Assembly: GCA_048571215.1 (NCBI GenBank)
Contig: CP182352.1
Coordinates: 1,984,001-2,048,000, forward strand
Direction of reading: 5' to 3'
Length of the DNA: 64,000 bases
Source of the DNA: Halarcobacter sp.
GTDB lineage: Bacteria; Campylobacterota; Campylobacteria; Campylobacterales; Arcobacteraceae
Positions 9,387-20,233 of this stretch are shown piece by piece (position 1 is the stretch's first letter; every line of letters begins with the position of its first letter). Made by a program: the position numbers and the translations under genes. The notes beneath the pieces are model-generated. The model was not told where the DNA came from. It saw only the letters and a program-made list of their open reading frames with translations, and did not search any database.

Positions 9387-11675
9387 GTGTTTATCTCTTC
9401 ATTAAAAATAAAAAATAAAATCTATGCCTTAACTATTTTGGCAAGTATATTTTTTGTATCTATAAGTCTAATTACATATAAAAGTTTTAATACCCTTGAT
9501 GAAAATTTTGAACACTTAGCAAACACTAATAATAGTGCAAAAAACTATATAAACCTAAGTTATGAGGTTGAAAAGCTCAAAAGACATGTACAAAACTACA
9601 CCTATACGGGCTATAAAAACTCTGCAAAAGAAACAAAAAATATTTATAAAGATATAATAAATACTCTAAATAATACCAAATCAATATATGAGCTAAATTT
9701 AGATGAAAATATAAAAGCTATAAGAATACATCTAGAAAAGTATTATAAAACTTTTTTAATAGTTGAACAACAAAGAAAAAAAAGAGACCAACTTAGAAAT
9801 AAAATAAGAGATGATGCCCATCAAATAGAACAGTGGCTTAAAGAGTATGCACAAAATAGTAAAAATGAAAAAACAAGAAAAGATTTTTTTGCCCTGTATG
9901 CAGATGTTCTTACAACTGAGAAAGGTGCTTTTAAATACTTTGAAACATTAGACTACGAAAATGTAAAAGTTTCAAAAAAACTTTTAAAAGATATTGATAA
10001 TAAAATCAAAATTTATCTTAAGAAAGAACTTATTGAAGAAAATATTAAAAAACTAAAAGATATTGAAAACTTGATTCAAATTTATAAAAATACTTTTATA
10101 AAATCAGTACAACACACAAGGGGATACTTATCTTTAATAAATGTAGTTATGGCAGCTGAAGCCTATGAGATAATCTATCACTCAGATATTATCAATAAAA
10201 AAGCTTTTGATGCTATCAAAACTATTGAAGGCAACTTTGATAATAGTATCAAGACTAATAGTACAAACCTATTAATTATTTTTATTTTATTTTTTATTAT
10301 GATGATTGTTTTATCAATCTCAATAATAAAAAGAATAATTAAACCTTTAACAACTTTGACTAACACCTTTAACCAGTTAAGTTTAGGAGATACCAATATT
10401 AAATTACCAAATTATAATACTAATGATGAAATCTCAAAACTATATCAAGCTGCAAAAGAGTTTCAAAAAAAGAGTATTGAAACAAAAAAACTATTAGAAA
10501 AACAAGAGATATTATCTAATGATTTATACACCAAAAAAGAGGAATTAAAAATTGCAACTCAAAGTGGAAACATTGGGATTTGGAGTTTAGATTTAGAAAA
10601 CAAAAAATTGGTTTTTGATGATATTTTGTATGAACTATATGGGATGGATAAAAGCTTAAATGAAGACACCTATTCAAGATGGGAAAATACTATTTATAAA
10701 GATGACTTTGAAATGGTAAAAAATATACTTTTTGGTTCTATTATGAAAGGGAATATAATAAATACTACTTTTAGAATTCTAAAAGAAGATACTAAAGAGC
10801 TAAGATATATAAAATCCTATGCAATTGTGACTAGAAGTGGAAATAAAAAAGCAACAAATATTATTGGTGTAAACTATGATGTTACAGAGTTTGAACTTCT
10901 AAGAAATAAACTAGAAAAAAGAGTTGAAGAGGAAGTAAGTAAACAAAGAGAACAAGAACAAGTTATAATTCAACAATCAAAATTAGCCTCAATGGGTGAA
11001 ATGATAAGTGCAATCTCACACCAATGGAGACAACCACTAAATGCAGTATCTTTATATTTGCAGGATTTGCTAAGTGCTCAAAAATATAATGAACTTGATG
11101 AAAAATATTTAAAAGAGAGTGTAATAAAATGTAGAGAACAAATAGAATATATGTCAAGTACTATTGATGATTTTAGAAACTATTTCAATCCCCTTTCTAC
11201 AAATGAAACCCTTAATGTACTTGAAATAATACAAAAAAGTATAAACCTTTTTGAAGCACAATTTAAAAACAATTTTATCGATTTATCTCTAAATTTTAAT
11301 GAAAATGAAAAATATACTTTATTTGGTAACTCAAATCATTTAAAACAAGCTATTGTAAATATCTTAAGTAATTCAGTTTATGCAATAAAAGATAAAATGA
11401 AAAATCAATCTTTGGAGGGTAAAATATTAATTAATCTAGAAAAAAATCAAAATAGCATTAAAATTGAGATTCTAGATAATGGAATAGGAATAAAAAAAGA
11501 GATTTTAAATAGAATCTTTGAACCATACTTTACAACAAAAGAACAAGGTGAAGGTACTGGAATAGGACTATATATGACAAGAACCATTTTAAAGAAATAT
11601 TTTAATGGTAATATCACTTTAGAACAGCAAGAAGAGGGAACAAAAGCAACAATACTATTGCCAATTGAGTCTTAA
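9387..11675 (+). CDS. sensor histidine kinase (periplasmic domain, HAMP, PAS, HisKA, HATPase)
   Basis: Two TM helices, GEMISAISHQWRQP H-box, N, DNGIG and GTGIGL boxes; GTG 9387 with AAGGA RBS preferred over ATG 9345. Confidence 0.9.
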   Translation: MFISSLKIKNKIYALTILASIFFVSISLITYKSFNTLDENFEHLANTNNSAKNYINLSYEVEKLKRHVQNYTYTGYKNSAKETKNIYKDIINTLNNTKSIYELNLDENIKAIRIHLEKYYKTFLIVEQQRKKRDQLRNKIRDDAHQIEQWLKEYAQNSKNEKTRKDFFALYADVLTTEKGAFKYFETLDYENVKVSKKLLKDIDNKIKIYLKKELIEENIKKLKDIENLIQIYKNTFIKSVQHTRGYLSLINVVMAAEAYEIIYHSDIINKKAFDAIKTIEGNFDNSIKTNSTNLLIIFILFFIMMIVLSISIIKRIIKPLTTLTNTFNQLSLGDTNIKLPNYNTNDEISKLYQAAKEFQKKSIETKKLLEKQEILSNDLYTKKEELKIATQSGNIGIWSLDLENKKLVFDDILYELYGMDKSLNEDTYSRWENTIYKDDFEMVKNILFGSIMKGNIINTTFRILKEDTKELRYIKSYAIVTRSGNKKATNIIGVNYDVTEFELLRNKLEKRVEEEVSKQREQEQVIIQQSKLASMGEMISAISHQWRQPLNAVSLYLQDLLSAQKYNELDEKYLKESVIKCREQIEYMSSTIDDFRNYFNPLSTNETLNVLEIIQKSINLFEAQFKNNFIDLSLNFNENEKYTLFGNSNHLKQAIVNILSNSVYAIKDKMKNQSLEGKILINLEKNQNSIKIEILDNGIGIKKEILNRIFEPYFTTKEQGEGTGIGLYMTRTILKKYFNGNITLEQQEEGTKATILLPIES

Positions 11676-12047
11676 TTATAAATCAAAATAATCTAAAATA
11701 TGTTTTTCCACCTCATCAACATCAATAGGTTTTTTAAAAACTCTAACATTTAAATCCTTTATTTGGTCCATTTGTGAAGTTGATGCCTCCCCTGTTATGG
11801 CAATCAATGGATGAATATTTGGATATCTTTTTTTTACCTCTTTTATAAGAGATAAGCCATCCATTTTAGGCATAACTATATCTGTAATAAGTAAATCAAT
11901 ATCTTCATTTTCACAAATAATTAAAGCTTCTTCTCCATTTTCAGCAAGATGACAATCCTTGAAAATTCTTCTAAAGATTCTATACATACTTTCTCTAATA
12001 CTCTCTACATCATCTACAATTAAAATAGATTTGTCAATAACTTTCAT
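11676..12047 (-). CDS. single-domain response regulator (receiver only)
   Basis: ILIVDD, LLITDIVMPKMDG, KP motifs; no output domain. Confidence 0.9.
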   Translation of the reverse strand: MKVIDKSILIVDDVESIRESMYRIFRRIFKDCHLAENGEEALIICENEDIDLLITDIVMPKMDGLSLIKEVKKRYPNIHPLIAITGEASTSQMDQIKDLNVRVFKKPIDVDEVEKHILDYFDL

Positions 12048-12183
12048 AGAATCTCCTTATTCGTATTTATTTTTATTATATATCTTTTTTATTAAAAATA
12101 CAAAATTTCAATATTTGCTTAAAATTTAAATATTTATTTAACAAAATCCATTATACTTACGAAAAAGGTTTACGGTTTAATAT

Positions 12184-13071
12184 ATGAATAGAAAGTTTAT
12201 GATTTTAGTATTGTTTTTAGTTACACTCATAACAAATAGTTATGCAAATACAATGCCAACTGTCGAAATAAAAAAACAAAAACTAATAATTGGTTATTAT
12301 GGTAGACCAAATACAAAATCTCTTGGTATATTAGGTCAAAGTAATATTGATGAACTTGTAGCTAAAATGCAAAAAAAGAAAAACTATTTTGAAGAAGAAT
12401 TAGATAATAAAGTTGATGTTCAAATGGCATTTCACATAATCTATGGGCTTGCAACACCTGATCCGGGTAAAAGAAATACTTATATGTTACGAATGTCTAA
12501 AAATAGTTTAATGGAATATATAAATAGAGCAAAAAAAGAGAATTTTAAAGTATATATAGATCTACAGATGGGAACAAATACTCCAGTTGAAGCTTTAACA
12601 CCTATTTTAAAATATCTAAAATACGATAATGTACATTTAGCAATTGATCCTGAATTTAAAATTCCAAAACATAGAAGATACCCACCTGGAAGATACGTAG
12701 GTCATATTTTTGCAAAAGATTTAAATGATGCACAAGAGTTGATTAGTGCTTATATAAAAAAACATAATCTAAATAAAAAAGAATTAATTGTTCATATGTT
12801 TCACCAAAGAATGTTGAGAGATAAACAAAATGTTAAGATATTTGATAATATAGATTTAATTTATAATATAGATGGTCATGGAGATCCAGCAGTGAAAATA
12901 AAAATCTACAATCATCTATATAAGCAAGAAGAAAAAAATATTGCAAAAAGTGGATTTAAAATTTTCTACCATGCGGATACTCATATAATGACACCAAAAC
13001 AGATAATGGGATGGGAAAAAGCCAGAGGAAGAAAAATCTGGTCTGAACCTTATTATATAAATTATCAATAA
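12184..13071 (+). CDS. conserved hypothetical secreted protein
   Basis: 295-aa ORF with signal peptide; motifs YYGRP..LGILG, HLAIDPEF, DGHG; function not assignable. Confidence 0.6.
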   Translation: MNRKFMILVLFLVTLITNSYANTMPTVEIKKQKLIIGYYGRPNTKSLGILGQSNIDELVAKMQKKKNYFEEELDNKVDVQMAFHIIYGLATPDPGKRNTYMLRMSKNSLMEYINRAKKENFKVYIDLQMGTNTPVEALTPILKYLKYDNVHLAIDPEFKIPKHRRYPPGRYVGHIFAKDLNDAQELISAYIKKHNLNKKELIVHMFHQRMLRDKQNVKIFDNIDLIYNIDGHGDPAVKIKIYNHLYKQEEKNIAKSGFKIFYHADTHIMTPKQIMGWEKARGRKIWSEPYYINYQ

Positions 13072-13085
13072 AAAGTACAATAACT

Positions 13086-13127
13086 AAACCTTTGATGAAA
13101 AGATGTATTTTCAACAAAGGTTTTTTT
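13086..13127 (+). terminator. intrinsic terminator
   Basis: AAACCTTTG-A-TGAAAA...TTTTCA-A-CAAAGGTTT stem followed by T run, just after stop at 13071. Confidence 0.7.
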
Positions 13128-13141
13128 GATATAATCCCTAA

Positions 13142-14974
13142 ATGACTTTAGAAGAGAAACTACAACAATTACCCAATGAAGCTGGTGTATATCAGTACTT
13201 TGATGAAAATGGGAAACTACTATATATAGGAAAAGCAAAAGTACTTAAAAATAGAGTAAAATCTTATTTTAAATTTACACCAAAACTTCTTCCTGCTGAT
13301 AAACTAGGTCCGCGTATTTATAAGATGATTACAGAAGTGAAATCTTTGGAGTGGATTGTTGTACCAAATGAGCATGATGCACTTATTTTAGAAAACTCTT
13401 TAATAAAACAATTAAAACCAAAATACAATATTTTACTTAGAGATGATAAAACTTACCCTTATATTTATATAGATTTAAATGAAGACTTTCCAAGACTTGA
13501 GATAACAAGAAGGGTCTTAAAAGAAAAAAATATAAAATATTTTGGTCCCTACTCCACTGGGGCAAGAGATATGCTTGATTCTATTTATGAGATTATCCCT
13601 TTAGTTCAGAAAAAAGCATGTGTAAAAGGTAAAAAAGCGTGTCTTTTTTATCAAATTAAAAAATGTTTTGCTCCTTGTGAAGGGAAAATAACAAAAGAGG
13701 ATTATTCAAAACTTGTTGATGAAGCATTAGCATACATCTACAACAAAAATAAACTTATAAATAAACTTAGTTCAAAAATGGAAGACTTGAGTGCTGAATT
13801 TAGATTTGAAGAGGCGATGAAACTAAGGGATAGAATCAAGACCATAGAAAAATCTCAGATTCAAACAGGAATGGATTTAGCAACAAATGAAAACCTTGAT
13901 TTATTTGCTATAAAATCATCAAATGAAAAAGCTATTGTAGTAAGAATGTTTTTTAGAGATGGGAAACTAGCTTCTAGTAACCATGATTATATTAAGAAAA
14001 ACTCAGCAGATATTGAAATAGATATAAATGAAGCCTATGAAAGAGCAATTATAAACTACTATGACAATGAAATACCCGTACTACCAAGTGAAATCTTAAT
14101 AGCACAAGAGATAGAACAAAAAGATGATATAGAAAGTTTCTTAAAAAAAAGATTTGATAAAAAAATAGCTTTAAACAACCCAAAGATAGGAAAGAAAAAA
14201 GAGATTATAAATATTGCACTTAATAACTGTGATGAACTTTTAAGACTATCCCAAAATGATAAAAATCAAACAATTTATAGTGAACTTAAACTATTATTTG
14301 ATTTAGAAAAAACAGCCACAAGATTTGAGTGCTTTGATAACTCTCATATGATGGGGCAAGCTACAGTTGGAGCTATGATTACTTGGGAAGAAAAACTTAT
14401 AAAAAGCGATTACAGACACTATAATCTTGACTCAAAAGATGAGTATGCCCAAATGAAAGAGATGCTTATAAAAAGAGTTGAAAGCTTTGAAAAAAATCCT
14501 GCACCTGATATGTGGGTGATAGATGGGGGAGAAACTTTACTTAAACTTGCAATAGATATTAGAAACTCAGTTGGAGTAAATCTTGATATTGTTGCAATTG
14601 CTAAAGAGAAACTTGATTTTAAAGCCCATAGGGCAAAAGGTAGTGCAAAGGATATTATATATTTTGAAAAAAATGGTGAAATACATAGACTAAATTTACT
14701 ACCAAGTGATAAAAGATTGCAATTTATTCAAAGATTAAGAGATGAAGCCCACAGATTTGCAATAACATTTCACAAAAAACAAAAAAGAAAAGAAGATACT
14801 CAAATCTCACTTCTACAAATCAAAGGTATAGGTGAAGCAAAACTTAAAAAACTTCTTTTATATTTTGGTTCTTTTGAAAAAATAAAAAATTCAAACTTAG
14901 CTGAATTGAAAGAGATTTTAAACGAAAAAGATGCTATTGTTATACTTGAATATTTCAAAAATCTTAAGGCTTAA
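13142..14974 (+). CDS. uvrC: excinuclease ABC subunit C
   Basis: GVY..YIGKAK GIY-YIG, PKYNILLRDDKTYPY, FDNSH, RDEAHRFAI, HhH. Confidence 0.97.
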   Translation: MTLEEKLQQLPNEAGVYQYFDENGKLLYIGKAKVLKNRVKSYFKFTPKLLPADKLGPRIYKMITEVKSLEWIVVPNEHDALILENSLIKQLKPKYNILLRDDKTYPYIYIDLNEDFPRLEITRRVLKEKNIKYFGPYSTGARDMLDSIYEIIPLVQKKACVKGKKACLFYQIKKCFAPCEGKITKEDYSKLVDEALAYIYNKNKLINKLSSKMEDLSAEFRFEEAMKLRDRIKTIEKSQIQTGMDLATNENLDLFAIKSSNEKAIVVRMFFRDGKLASSNHDYIKKNSADIEIDINEAYERAIINYYDNEIPVLPSEILIAQEIEQKDDIESFLKKRFDKKIALNNPKIGKKKEIINIALNNCDELLRLSQNDKNQTIYSELKLLFDLEKTATRFECFDNSHMMGQATVGAMITWEEKLIKSDYRHYNLDSKDEYAQMKEMLIKRVESFEKNPAPDMWVIDGGETLLKLAIDIRNSVGVNLDIVAIAKEKLDFKAHRAKGSAKDIIYFEKNGEIHRLNLLPSDKRLQFIQRLRDEAHRFAITFHKKQKRKEDTQISLLQIKGIGEAKLKKLLLYFGSFEKIKNSNLAELKEILNEKDAIVILEYFKNLKA

Positions 14975-14977
14975 CTT

Positions 14978-16000
14978 TTGGCATATATAGAATTAAATAA
15001 ATCAAACTATTTTCACAATCTTTCAGTTATTTCTAAGAAAGCTGGTTCAAAAGAAAAAGTTGCAGTTGTATTAAAAGACAATGCTTATGGTCACGGTCTT
15101 ATAGAAATGGCTACACTTGCAAATGAGTTTGGTATAAAATCCGCAGTAGTCCGAACTGTAGAGGAAGCTAGAAAAATTGAGACATTTTTTGATCAAATCT
15201 TAATTTTAGCTGATACTAATATCGGTACTTATTCACATACTTTTCACATTGTAATAAATAGCCTCCAAGATATCCAGCGGTTACCCAAAAATACGAATGT
15301 TCATCTAAAAGTTGATACAGGAATGCACAGAAATGGTATCCAAGTAGATTCTTTAGAAGAGGCTATTTTAGGGCTTTTGAAGAATAATTTAAACTTAACA
15401 GGTGTTATGACCCACTATAGAAGTGCTGATGAACTAAGTTGTGATTTTTTTTGGCAAAGAAATAACTTTATTCATGCAAAAAAGGAAGTTATAAGATTAT
15501 GTGAAAAACTTTTTTTACCTATTCCTAAGTTCCATTCTGCTAACTCTTCCGCTTTATTTAGATTTAAGAATTACGAAGATGATATAGCAAGAGTTGGTAT
15601 TGCCCAATATGGATATATAGATTTTCATCCAGCGTTTAATACTCCAACTTTGAAACCAGTTTTATCACTTTGGGGTAAAAAAATTGTTACAAGAGAATTA
15701 AAGAAAAATCAAAAAGTTGGATATGGAGGTATGTTTATTGCCCCTAAAAATATGAATATTTCAACTTATGATGTTGGATATGGAGATGGTTTTTTTAGAT
15801 TAAATGGAACTAAAGAGTTTATTACTCCAAAAGGTTATAAAGTTTTAGGAAAAGTATCTATGGATTCACTTTCAATAAACTCAACAGAAGATGAAGTTTG
15901 TATCTTTGATGATGCAACACCCTTATCAAAAATCCATGATACAATAACATATGAAATAGTAACATCACTAAATTCAAATATTCCAAAAGTAATTAAATGA
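14978..16000 (+). CDS. alr: alanine racemase
   Basis: [13 protein letters not shown] motif, [23 protein letters not shown] start. Confidence 0.95.
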   Translation: MAYIELNKSNYFHNLSVISKKAGSKEKVAVVLKDNAYGHGLIEMATLANEFGIKSAVVRTVEEARKIETFFDQILILADTNIGTYSHTFHIVINSLQDIQRLPKNTNVHLKVDTGMHRNGIQVDSLEEAILGLLKNNLNLTGVMTHYRSADELSCDFFWQRNNFIHAKKEVIRLCEKLFLPIPKFHSANSSALFRFKNYEDDIARVGIAQYGYIDFHPAFNTPTLKPVLSLWGKKIVTRELKKNQKVGYGGMFIAPKNMNISTYDVGYGDGFFRLNGTKEFITPKGYKVLGKVSMDSLSINSTEDEVCIFDDATPLSKIHDTITYEIVTSLNSNIPKVIK

Positions 16001-16662
16001 AAAAGCTTATATTTTTATTCTTAATTAGTGTTAATCTAATATTTGCAATTAGTTTTGAAGAGGCAAAAAAGATTGAAAAAGAGCAAGGAGTTTTAGCTTC
16101 ACTAAATAGCTATAAAGTTTTAGCTAGTCAAAATAATGTTAATGCCATCTTTAAATTAGCTTTAATTTATGCAAATGGAAAAGAAGTAGAACAAAGCTTA
16201 ATTATGAGTAAGAAATATCTTGAAAAAGGAAGTTTATTAAAACATAATAAATCAAGCTATTATCTAGCAAAACTCTATCTTTCTAAAAAAACTCCCTACT
16301 ATAACTTAGCAAAGGCATTTAATACTTTTTTGGAAGCAGCAAAAAGAGGTTATGCACCTGCACAAAATATGATAGGTCAATTTTTGGCTACAGGAACTGT
16401 AGTAGATACAGATTATAAAAAAGCAGTAGAGTATTTTGAAAAAGCTTCAAAACAAGGTTATATTGAAGCACACTGTAATCTTGCATTTATGTATGCAAGT
16501 GGAAAAGGAGTTTTCCCAAACTTTGGGCGTGCCCACCAATTTGCAAAAAAGGGTATTAAAGTGGGCAATAAAAAGTGCCAAAAAGTCTGGGATGAATATA
16601 ACTTAGCAAAATATGATAAAGATAAAGGTTGGAAATTTAACTTTTATACCAAACCTAAATAG
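15997..16662 (+). CDS. Sel1-like repeat secreted protein
   Basis: Repeated A..LA..YA.G.GV / KA..YFEKA motifs; signal peptide; ATGA overlap with alr. Confidence 0.9.
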   Translation: MKKLIFLFLISVNLIFAISFEEAKKIEKEQGVLASLNSYKVLASQNNVNAIFKLALIYANGKEVEQSLIMSKKYLEKGSLLKHNKSSYYLAKLYLSKKTPYYNLAKAFNTFLEAAKRGYAPAQNMIGQFLATGTVVDTDYKKAVEYFEKASKQGYIEAHCNLAFMYASGKGVFPNFGRAHQFAKKGIKVGNKKCQKVWDEYNLAKYDKDKGWKFNFYTKPK

Positions 16663-16664
16663 TC

Positions 16665-16901
16665 TTAATCTTCATCAAAATCTCTATGACCTTTATAGTT
16701 GTCATAGTCATCATCAAAATCATCATAGTTATCATAATCTATATCGTCATAATCAACTGTAAAGATTTTATTATATCCCAGTTTTACTAACTCATTGTCA
16801 ACATTTTCTTCCGAAATTCGGTTTTTTACTCTTTCAATAATTGTCTTGATATCTTGTTCTTTTACATTATTATATCTTAACTCATAAATTATTGATTCCA
16901 C
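16665..16901 (-). CDS. small acidic hypothetical protein
   Basis: 78-aa ORF with AGGA RBS; D/Y-rich C-terminus. Confidence 0.65.
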   Translation of the reverse strand: MESIIYELRYNNVKEQDIKTIIERVKNRISEENVDNELVKLGYNKIFTVDYDDIDYDNYDDFDDDYDNYKGHRDFDED

Positions 16902-16904
16902 TTT

Positions 16905-17108
16905 TTAATTTCCTTTTTTTATTTGTTTTATTGAATCTGTTAATTTTGCTAATTTGTATATAGAGAATTTTAAAGTAAGTTTTGTTAGCTGATTTATTGT
17001 AATATTATTTGCTACCATTAACTTAGCTGCCTCTTTATACTCTTGCTTAGTAATCACCAAATGTACAATTTGAACAACAATATTTTTCATACTTAAATCT
17101 TCAGTCAT
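16905..17108 (-). CDS. small hypothetical protein
   Basis: 67-aa ORF tightly packed in a three-gene run; resembles 17126..17359. Confidence 0.6.
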   Translation of the reverse strand: MTEDLSMKNIVVQIVHLVITKQEYKEAAKLMVANNITINQLTKLTLKFSIYKLAKLTDSIKQIKKGN

Positions 17109-17125
17109 AAATATATTCTTATTTT

Positions 17126-17359
17126 TTATGATTTACTGATTATTAAATCAGCTAATATTACAACATCATCTTGGTCTAATCTACAAGTTCTTGTTATAAC
17201 ATCTTCTAGTGATAAGTTATTGTTTATGATTGTTTGAAATGCCTTGTCATAATTTTTCTCATTCTTAATATAACTAGCAATCTCATATACAGTTTTATTT
17301 ATGGGATCTTCAATTATATAGTTACTGTCAAATTCTAAATTAATTATATACTCAGACAT
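17126..17359 (-). CDS. small hypothetical protein
   Basis: 77-aa ORF; resembles 16905..17108. Confidence 0.6.
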   Translation of the reverse strand: MSEYIINLEFDSNYIIEDPINKTVYEIASYIKNEKNYDKAFQTIINNNLSLEDVITRTCRLDQDDVVILADLIISKS

Positions 17360-17745
17360 CTTATTTAAGATAGCTCTTTTTGTTTTCTATACTCTTATAC
17401 TTCACTTTAACTAAACCTAAGTTTAATGTGTTAGTATTTCGTATTCACATTCAGTGATTACACCTATTTCTAAAAACTCTCTAAACTGCACCTACAAATG
17501 CTTTGATAGATTTTTAGAACACTTTCAATTCCTATTATTTTCAAATGTAATTATAATCTATAAAAAAAAGAAATAAGCTGAAATAAAACTTAAAGTAATT
17601 TCACACTAAAAAAAGTGCCAATTTTAGCCACTATTTCAATAAATTTTTTTTTAAAAACAAAAAAGAATTTTCAAAATTTTTGTAAAAAAATGTGAAAATA
17701 TTTTGTTTTTTTTATATAATGATATACAATATAGGAAAGTTTATT

Positions 17746-18171
17746 ATGAAAAATAAAAAAATTGTTGGAAGAAAAGAGATAATTTCAATATTAGATTTGA
17801 ACCTAATTGATTTAGATGCAAAGATTGATACAGGGGCTGATTCAAATGCATTGCATTGTGATGATATTGTTATAAATGAAGATAGTGTTGAGTTTACACT
17901 TTTAGATGAAATACACCCTTCTTATCATGGTAAAAGAATGAAACTACCAATATATAAGATAAAAAGGGTAAAAAGTTCAAATGGACAAGTACAATTAAGA
18001 CCATCAATAAAAGTTACTGTAGATTTTATGGGTAAAAAGTATAAAAGTGTAATTTCACTAACAAATAGATCAGATATGAAATTTCCCATGTTGATTGGAA
18101 GAAAATTTTTACATGATAGATTTTTGGTGGATGTATCAAAAGAGTATTTAACAAAAGAAAGCAAGGATTAA
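17746..18171 (+). CDS. RimK-associated retropepsin-like protease (RimB-like / 'ATP-dependent zinc protease' family)
   Basis: AKIDTGA, VKSSNG, R..M.FPMLIGR motifs; ATG 17746 with AGGA RBS. Confidence 0.85.
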   Translation: MKNKKIVGRKEIISILDLNLIDLDAKIDTGADSNALHCDDIVINEDSVEFTLLDEIHPSYHGKRMKLPIYKIKRVKSSNGQVQLRPSIKVTVDFMGKKYKSVISLTNRSDMKFPMLIGRKFLHDRFLVDVSKEYLTKESKD

Positions 18172-18177
18172 TATAAT

Positions 18178-19113
18178 ATGCGTGTATATATACTATCAAG
18201 AAACTCTACGTTGTATTCAACTTCAAGGTTAGTTGAAGCTGCTACGCAAAGAGGTTGGGAAGTTGAAGTAATTGATTATTTGAAATGTAGTATTGAGATA
18301 ATGAAGGGTGAACTAAAAATAAACTATTTAGGTAAAGAATTACCAAAGCCTGATGCTATTATTCCAAGAATAGGAGCTAGTAGGACTTTTTATGGTACTG
18401 CAATGGTTAGACACTTTGAGATGATGGATGTATTTACTGTAACAGGAAGTTTAGCTATAAAAAGAAGTAGAGATAAACTAAGAAGTTTACAAATACTTTC
18501 TAAAAATGGTGTAGATATGCCAAAAACTGTATTTGCTTCAAATAAATCTAGTGCAAAAGATGTTATTGCCCTAAGTGGTGGAACACCTTTAGTTCTAAAG
18601 ATTTTAGAAGGAACTCAAGGGGTTGGAGTAGTTTTAGTTGAGACACTAAAAGCTGCAAAATCTGTACTTGATGCCTTTTATGGAATGGATGTAAATTTAC
18701 TAGTTCAAGAGTTTATTGAAGAAGCCGGTGGAGCTGATATAAGAGTTTTTATAGTTGATGGAGAAGTTGTTGGAGCTATGAAAAGACAAGGAGCTGAGGG
18801 TGATTTTAGATCAAACCTACACCAAGGTGGAACTGCAACAGCCCACAAATTAACAAGAAAAGAAAAAAGTACAGCACTTGCAGCTGCAAAAGCTATGGGA
18901 CTGGGTGTTTGTGGAGTTGATATGATTGAATCAAAAAGAGGACCTCTTGTAATGGAAGTAAATTCATCTCCTGGATTAGAAGGGATAGAAAAATCAACAA
19001 AAATTGATATCGCTGGAAAAATCATGGATTTTATAGAAAAAAATGTAACTCCTATTGACGACTCACCAACTCCAAAAAGAAGAAGAATAAAAAAAGATAA
19101 TATTGGAGCATAA
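18178..19113 (+). CDS. rimK: ribosomal protein S6--L-glutamate ligase / alpha-glutamate ligase
   Basis: [46 protein letters not shown]. Confidence 0.95.
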   Translation: MRVYILSRNSTLYSTSRLVEAATQRGWEVEVIDYLKCSIEIMKGELKINYLGKELPKPDAIIPRIGASRTFYGTAMVRHFEMMDVFTVTGSLAIKRSRDKLRSLQILSKNGVDMPKTVFASNKSSAKDVIALSGGTPLVLKILEGTQGVGVVLVETLKAAKSVLDAFYGMDVNLLVQEFIEEAGGADIRVFIVDGEVVGAMKRQGAEGDFRSNLHQGGTATAHKLTRKEKSTALAAAKAMGLGVCGVDMIESKRGPLVMEVNSSPGLEGIEKSTKIDIAGKIMDFIEKNVTPIDDSPTPKRRRIKKDNIGA

Positions 19114-19115
19114 AT

Positions 19116-20165
19116 TTGATAGAAAATGATAAGTTTTTTCTTGCAGGGGAAGAGATAAAAAGAGGAGCTACAACTACAGTATATTTGGAGCTTCCAAAGC
19201 TTTATCAAACTCCTGCAAAACTTCCTATTAGAGTAATAAGAGGGAAAAGAAATGGACCAACTATTTTCATAAGTGCTGCAATACATGGGGATGAATTAAA
19301 TGGTATAGAGATAATTAGAAGGTTTAGAAAACTAAATATTTTAAAAAGAATCAAAGGAACTATAATCTTAATCCCCATAGTGAATATTTATGGGGTTATG
19401 ACTCTATCTAGGTATATGCCAGATAGAAGAGATTTGAATAGATCTTTTCCTGGAACAAATAGAGGTTCATTAGCTAGTCGTGTAGCTAATATATTTTTTA
19501 ATGAAATTATTTCAAAATGTGATTTAGGAATAGATTTACATACTGCATCTATTCATAAATCTAATCTACCTCAAATTAGAGCAAATATCAAAGATGAATT
19601 TACTTTTAATCTTGCAAAATCTTTTGAAGCACCTGTTGTACTACACGCAGAGCTTAGAGATGGTTCATTAAGACAAGTTGCTCAAGAGAATAATATACCA
19701 ATCTTACTTTATGAAGCAGGAGAAGCATTAAGATTTGATGAGACTTCTATTAGAATTGGAGTAAAAGGGATAGTAAATGTTTTAAGGGAACTTAATATGA
19801 TACCTAAAACTACTATTAAAAGAAAAAGACTGCCAATTGTCACAAGAAGTAGCCAGTGGATAAGAGCAGTTGAGAGTGGGATATTAAGAACTATCAAAGC
19901 CTTAGGAGATACTGTACATGAAGGTGAAATTATAGCCTATGTGGATGAAGCACTAGATGATGAAACTTTTGAGATAAAGGCATCTTTTGATGGGATTATA
20001 ATAGGAAAATCTGAGATACCTTTAGTACAAGAAGGGGATGCTATTTTTCATATAGCTAGATTTAAAAACCTTGAAACAGCTGAAAATAAAATAGAATACT
20101 TTAGTGAAGATGCAATTGAAGAGAGTGAATTTATGGAGTTAAATAAAGAACAAATTATAGAATAA
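19116..20165 (+). CDS. succinylglutamate desuccinylase/aspartoacylase family protein
   Basis: HGDELNG, RDLNRSFPG, IDLHT, YEAGEALRFD, C-terminal biotinyl-lipoyl-like domain. Confidence 0.9.
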   Translation: MIENDKFFLAGEEIKRGATTTVYLELPKLYQTPAKLPIRVIRGKRNGPTIFISAAIHGDELNGIEIIRRFRKLNILKRIKGTIILIPIVNIYGVMTLSRYMPDRRDLNRSFPGTNRGSLASRVANIFFNEIISKCDLGIDLHTASIHKSNLPQIRANIKDEFTFNLAKSFEAPVVLHAELRDGSLRQVAQENNIPILLYEAGEALRFDETSIRIGVKGIVNVLRELNMIPKTTIKRKRLPIVTRSSQWIRAVESGILRTIKALGDTVHEGEIIAYVDEALDDETFEIKASFDGIIIGKSEIPLVQEGDAIFHIARFKNLETAENKIEYFSEDAIEESEFMELNKEQIIE

Positions 20166-20233
20166 AACTTAAATATTTAATCTCACTCTTTGTGATATAA
20201 TATTCTTATATAAAATTTAAAATAAGGATTATT

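Noticed and set aside
16695..16760. Short TCATA(G/A)T-like repeats as a possible array
   Set aside because: They encode the D/Y-rich tail of the 16665..16901 protein; no repeat-spacer structure
17423..17491. 22-codon minus-strand ORF MQFREFLEIGVITECEYEILTH with a SHOCT-like look
   Set aside because: GTG start directly after an in-frame stop and no clear RBS; too short to support, though it could be a remnant
18705..19286. 193-aa antisense ORF
   Set aside because: Shadow of rimK and the deacylase gene; no recognisable motifs
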